64,000 nucleotides of DNA from an uncultured Spirochaetota bacterium (GTDB lineage Bacteria; Spirochaetota; Spirochaetia; SZUA-6; Fen-1364), in contig CAVTHO010000003.1 of the NCBI GenBank assembly GCA_963734545.1, forward strand, positions 320,001-384,000, given 5' to 3'. The notes beneath the pieces were generated by a model. It made no database searches, had not been told where the DNA came from, and saw only the letters and a program-made list of their open reading frames with translations. A program made the position numbers and the translations under genes. Shown piece by piece: positions 61,632-64,000 of this stretch. How positions within the stretch are numbered: the stretch's first letter is position 1; each line of letters starts with the position of its first letter.

Positions 61632-62171
61632 TCACTTCCCCCCGGCGGGAAGCGGCGCGTCCAGCGGCCAGAGGATCACGTAGTCGTTGTCCTTCACCCC
61701 GGCATGACATTCGTAGCAGTACGCGACCCTGCCTTCGAGGGCGAGGTTATTGCTGACCACGATCTTCCCCTTGGGATCGTACATCGCCCAGAACCAGTCG
61801 CCGTCGTCGGGATTGTAGCCGCGCACTTTCGCCATCACGGTGACATTGATGAGCTTCTTGTCCGCGCTGAAGTTCTCTTTGACGATAATCGACCCGTCGG
61901 GAGCGGTCTTCGAGGCAATGGGCAGCGCGGAGGCGAGGGTCGCGTTGATGTACACCTCGTGATATTTCCCGTGCGGAGACTGCCCGGGGAGGAGCCCCTC
62001 CTGCCCGGGCCAGTGCGCGTATATATCGTAGTCGCTGTCCACCGTGATGCGCTTCCACAGCCGCTCGCCGGATATTTCAGCTCCGGTGAGCGGAGCAAGG
62101 ATCGGCTCTTTCTCCTTTGTGCAGCCGAAAATCAACGCGGCAAGACAGCCCAGAAGGAGCACGCAGCGCAT
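61632..62171 (-). CDS. Cytochrome P460-family lipoprotein
   Basis: Lipobox IFGC; PDGSIIVKEN, VMAK..GY.P..GDWFWA.Y and C-terminal CYECH...KD.DY. Start taken at MRCVLL after GGAGG. Confidence 0.85.
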   Translation of the reverse strand: MRCVLLLGCLAALIFGCTKEKEPILAPLTGAEISGERLWKRITVDSDYDIYAHWPGQEGLLPGQSPHGKYHEVYINATLASALPIASKTAPDGSIIVKENFSADKKLINVTVMAKVRGYNPDDGDWFWAMYDPKGKIVVSNNLALEGRVAYCYECHAGVKDNDYVILWPLDAPLPAGGK

Positions 62172-62220
62172 GGGCCCACCTCCCTGCGCCATGATACGCC
62201 GGGGCAGGGTGAAGCGCAAT

Positions 62221-62277
62221 GAGCCGCCTGTCGTGCATCCCTGCACTCGGCGGCCTCGACATCCCTGTCTACGGCCG
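62221..62277 (-). repeat. Two GGA-loop hairpins, family 1, directly after the PLC-like stop codon
   Basis: CGGCC-GTA-GAC-AGGGAT-GTC-GA-GGCCGCC-GA-GTGC-AGGGAT-GCAC-GACA-GGCGGCTC. Confidence 0.8.
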
Positions 62278-63312
62278 CTATCGGGCGGGAGTTTCCCGCT
62301 CCAGCTGCCGGTAGATGTCGTCGAGTATCTCGGGAAGGGGAAGCGGACGAGAGTGTATCGGGACGCAGCTCTCGCGGCCGGTATCGAGGCTTTCATTGCC
62401 CATCCTGGCTCCCAGCCCGTCAGCGGGCGATAGTCCGGCAAGCACGGCGGCGAGCTCCTTGAGCATGCGGGTGCAATCGGCAAGCGCCAGCTCGTACAGG
62501 TCGAAAAAGCTCGCCGTGCTGGTCGCCGTATCGTCGCAGGGATGGCACCAGGTGGCATGGCCGAGGTTGAGGAAATCGTACCCCGGGGGGACCTCGCGGG
62601 GGTGGATCAACCCGAGTCGTTTTTCGCGGAAGCTCTCCTTGCGGTCCTTTCTGAACGCGAGACGGAGCAGGTCCGTATTGAGGTGATTGGTGACCTTGTA
62701 GAAGAAAATCGTGTCATGATACGCGTTCTCGATGCGCTTCCTGTCGCGGCTCTTGTAGTTGAAGGACGGATACGTGGAGTTGAGGGCCTTCACCAGCGCC
62801 TTGATGACCGGATAGGGCAGGGTTTTTCCGCATCGGACCTGTGAGAGGAAGTCGAAATCCGCGGGTGCTTTTCCGAAGCGCTTCTCCAGCACGAGAAGGT
62901 CGATGATTCGTTCCAGGAACGGATGCGCGTGATAGAGCCGGCGCGTGCGCTCGTCCCTCGGGTCGTCCCACCCGGCAAAGTACCCGATGAATGGATGGGT
63001 CCGCCGATCCAGCGGCGCGTGTGTCGCGAAACCGAGGATGAAGGCGGAAAGCTCCGAGCCGACGCCCGCGGACAGGCGGAGTGCTTCCCGCGCCATCGCC
63101 TCCACGAACGTGCCGTACCCGTGCCGGTGCAGCGCCACCCCGTAACGCAGCCCCGTGGGCATGGTCCGCTGATTGTGATAGAAGAAGTCGGGACCCTGCG
63201 CCCCGAACCGGAACAGGTTGCCGTGTGCGGCGAGGAACTCATGTGCCTTCTCGCCAAGGGCACCGCGGAGCGCTTCCTCTGCAAAGAGGAGGTGCGTGAA
63301 GTGGGAAGGCAT
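62278..63312 (-). CDS. Zinc-dependent phospholipase C family protein
   Basis: MPSHFTH N-terminus, FGAQGPDFFY, H, GF.TH..LD...HPFI and H..LE..ID. Confidence 0.8.
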   Translation of the reverse strand: MPSHFTHLLFAEEALRGALGEKAHEFLAAHGNLFRFGAQGPDFFYHNQRTMPTGLRYGVALHRHGYGTFVEAMAREALRLSAGVGSELSAFILGFATHAPLDRRTHPFIGYFAGWDDPRDERTRRLYHAHPFLERIIDLLVLEKRFGKAPADFDFLSQVRCGKTLPYPVIKALVKALNSTYPSFNYKSRDRKRIENAYHDTIFFYKVTNHLNTDLLRLAFRKDRKESFREKRLGLIHPREVPPGYDFLNLGHATWCHPCDDTATSTASFFDLYELALADCTRMLKELAAVLAGLSPADGLGARMGNESLDTGRESCVPIHSRPLPLPEILDDIYRQLERETPAR

Positions 63313-63415
63313 AAAACCAAGATAACATGAAACGGTGCGACTTTCACGTTGGACGGGCGGGCAGCTGCCCGGTCCGGCGCGGCTTTTCGGGCGATCGTCC
63401 GCTCACCCCCACCCC

Positions 63416-63443
63416 TTGACTTTTTCCCGACCGCCGATAGTAT
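63416..63443 (+). promoter_or_regulatory. Sigma70-type promoter of tRNA-Phe
   Basis: TTGACT-N16-TAGTAT, ending 11 nt before the tRNA. Confidence 0.7.
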
Positions 63444-63454
63444 GTGCCGATATC

Positions 63455-63527
<73 letters not shown>

Positions 63528-63571
63528 ATCCCCGGGTAAGCCCTCGCGCAAGCCTCCCTGCACCTTGAAAT

Positions 63572-64000
63572 TCACCCCCGCCTGCCGAATGACCGCGCGG
63601 CGGCAACGGCCGCATTCCATCCTTCGACAAGGGCGCCGCGGGCCGCCGTGTCCATCTTCGGCTCGAAAATCGTGTCTGCCTGCCAGATTTCGGCAAGCTC
63701 CTCCCTGTTCTTCCAGACCCCCGCGGTCAGTCCCGCAGCGAATGCGGCGCCGAGCGCCGTGGTTTCCGGGCTTCGGGGACGGACAAGAGGCGTGCCCAGG
63801 ATGTCCGCCTGGAACTGCATGAGGAATGCATTGACCGACGCGCCTCCGTCCACGCGCACGGACTGGATTGCGCGGCCGGCATCCCTCTCCATGGCCTCGA
63901 CGAGGTCGCGCGTCTGGAAGGCAATGCTCTCCAGCCCGGCGCGCACGATGTGCTCCTGCCGGGTGCCGCGCGTGATTCCGAACAGGGCACCCCGCACCTC
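63572..64000 (-). CDS. glpK: Glycerol kinase, 3' part only
   Basis: RGA.FG.TRGT...HIVRA.LESIAFQ..D, RVDGGA..N.FLMQFQADIL, ETTALGAA..AGL..G.W and GW..AV. Confidence 0.93.
   Translation of the reverse strand, partial: EVRGALFGITRGTRQEHIVRAGLESIAFQTRDLVEAMERDAGRAIQSVRVDGGASVNAFLMQFQADILGTPLVRPRSPETTALGAAFAAGLTAGVWKNREELAEIWQADTIFEPKMDTAARGALVEGWNAAVAAARSFGRRG

Overview
High-GC bacterial chromosomal segment, probably from a free-living spirochaete (inferred from an orphan FliG1-like gene and a cheY-cheX pair). It looks like a long-read assembly: I count 11 frameshifts, all resolved by deleting one base. In order it carries: malQ and a large GH13 amylase; a branched-chain-amino-acid-type ABC transporter with a creatininase; a CBS-SpoIIE phosphatase; dhaKL; an Fpg/Nei glycosylase; an aromatic-acid activation cluster (3 PaaK-like ligases, 2 ACT proteins, a second Liv-type ABC system) and a GGDEF protein. 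Next is a ~23 kb non-canonical export locus: TolC-like channel, two membrane fusion proteins (one with a GAF-like domain), an RRE/PqqD-like-M50 peptidase-HlyD fusion, a truncated SecA-like ATPase, a small beta-barrel-like protein, and a ~4630 aa LEPR-xLL/RTX giant protein, with no ABC ATPase. The end holds asnS, fliG, yciI, DUF255, AKR, SDR, cheY-cheX with a CheW-less heme-motif CheA-like kinase, cytochrome P460, a Zn-PLC-like gene, tRNA-Phe and partial glpK. The highlights are the export locus and two families of short covarying hairpin repeats: one presents CsrA-type GGA loops, and the other is translated inside AsnS. All calls come from reading motifs by eye; no searches were run.
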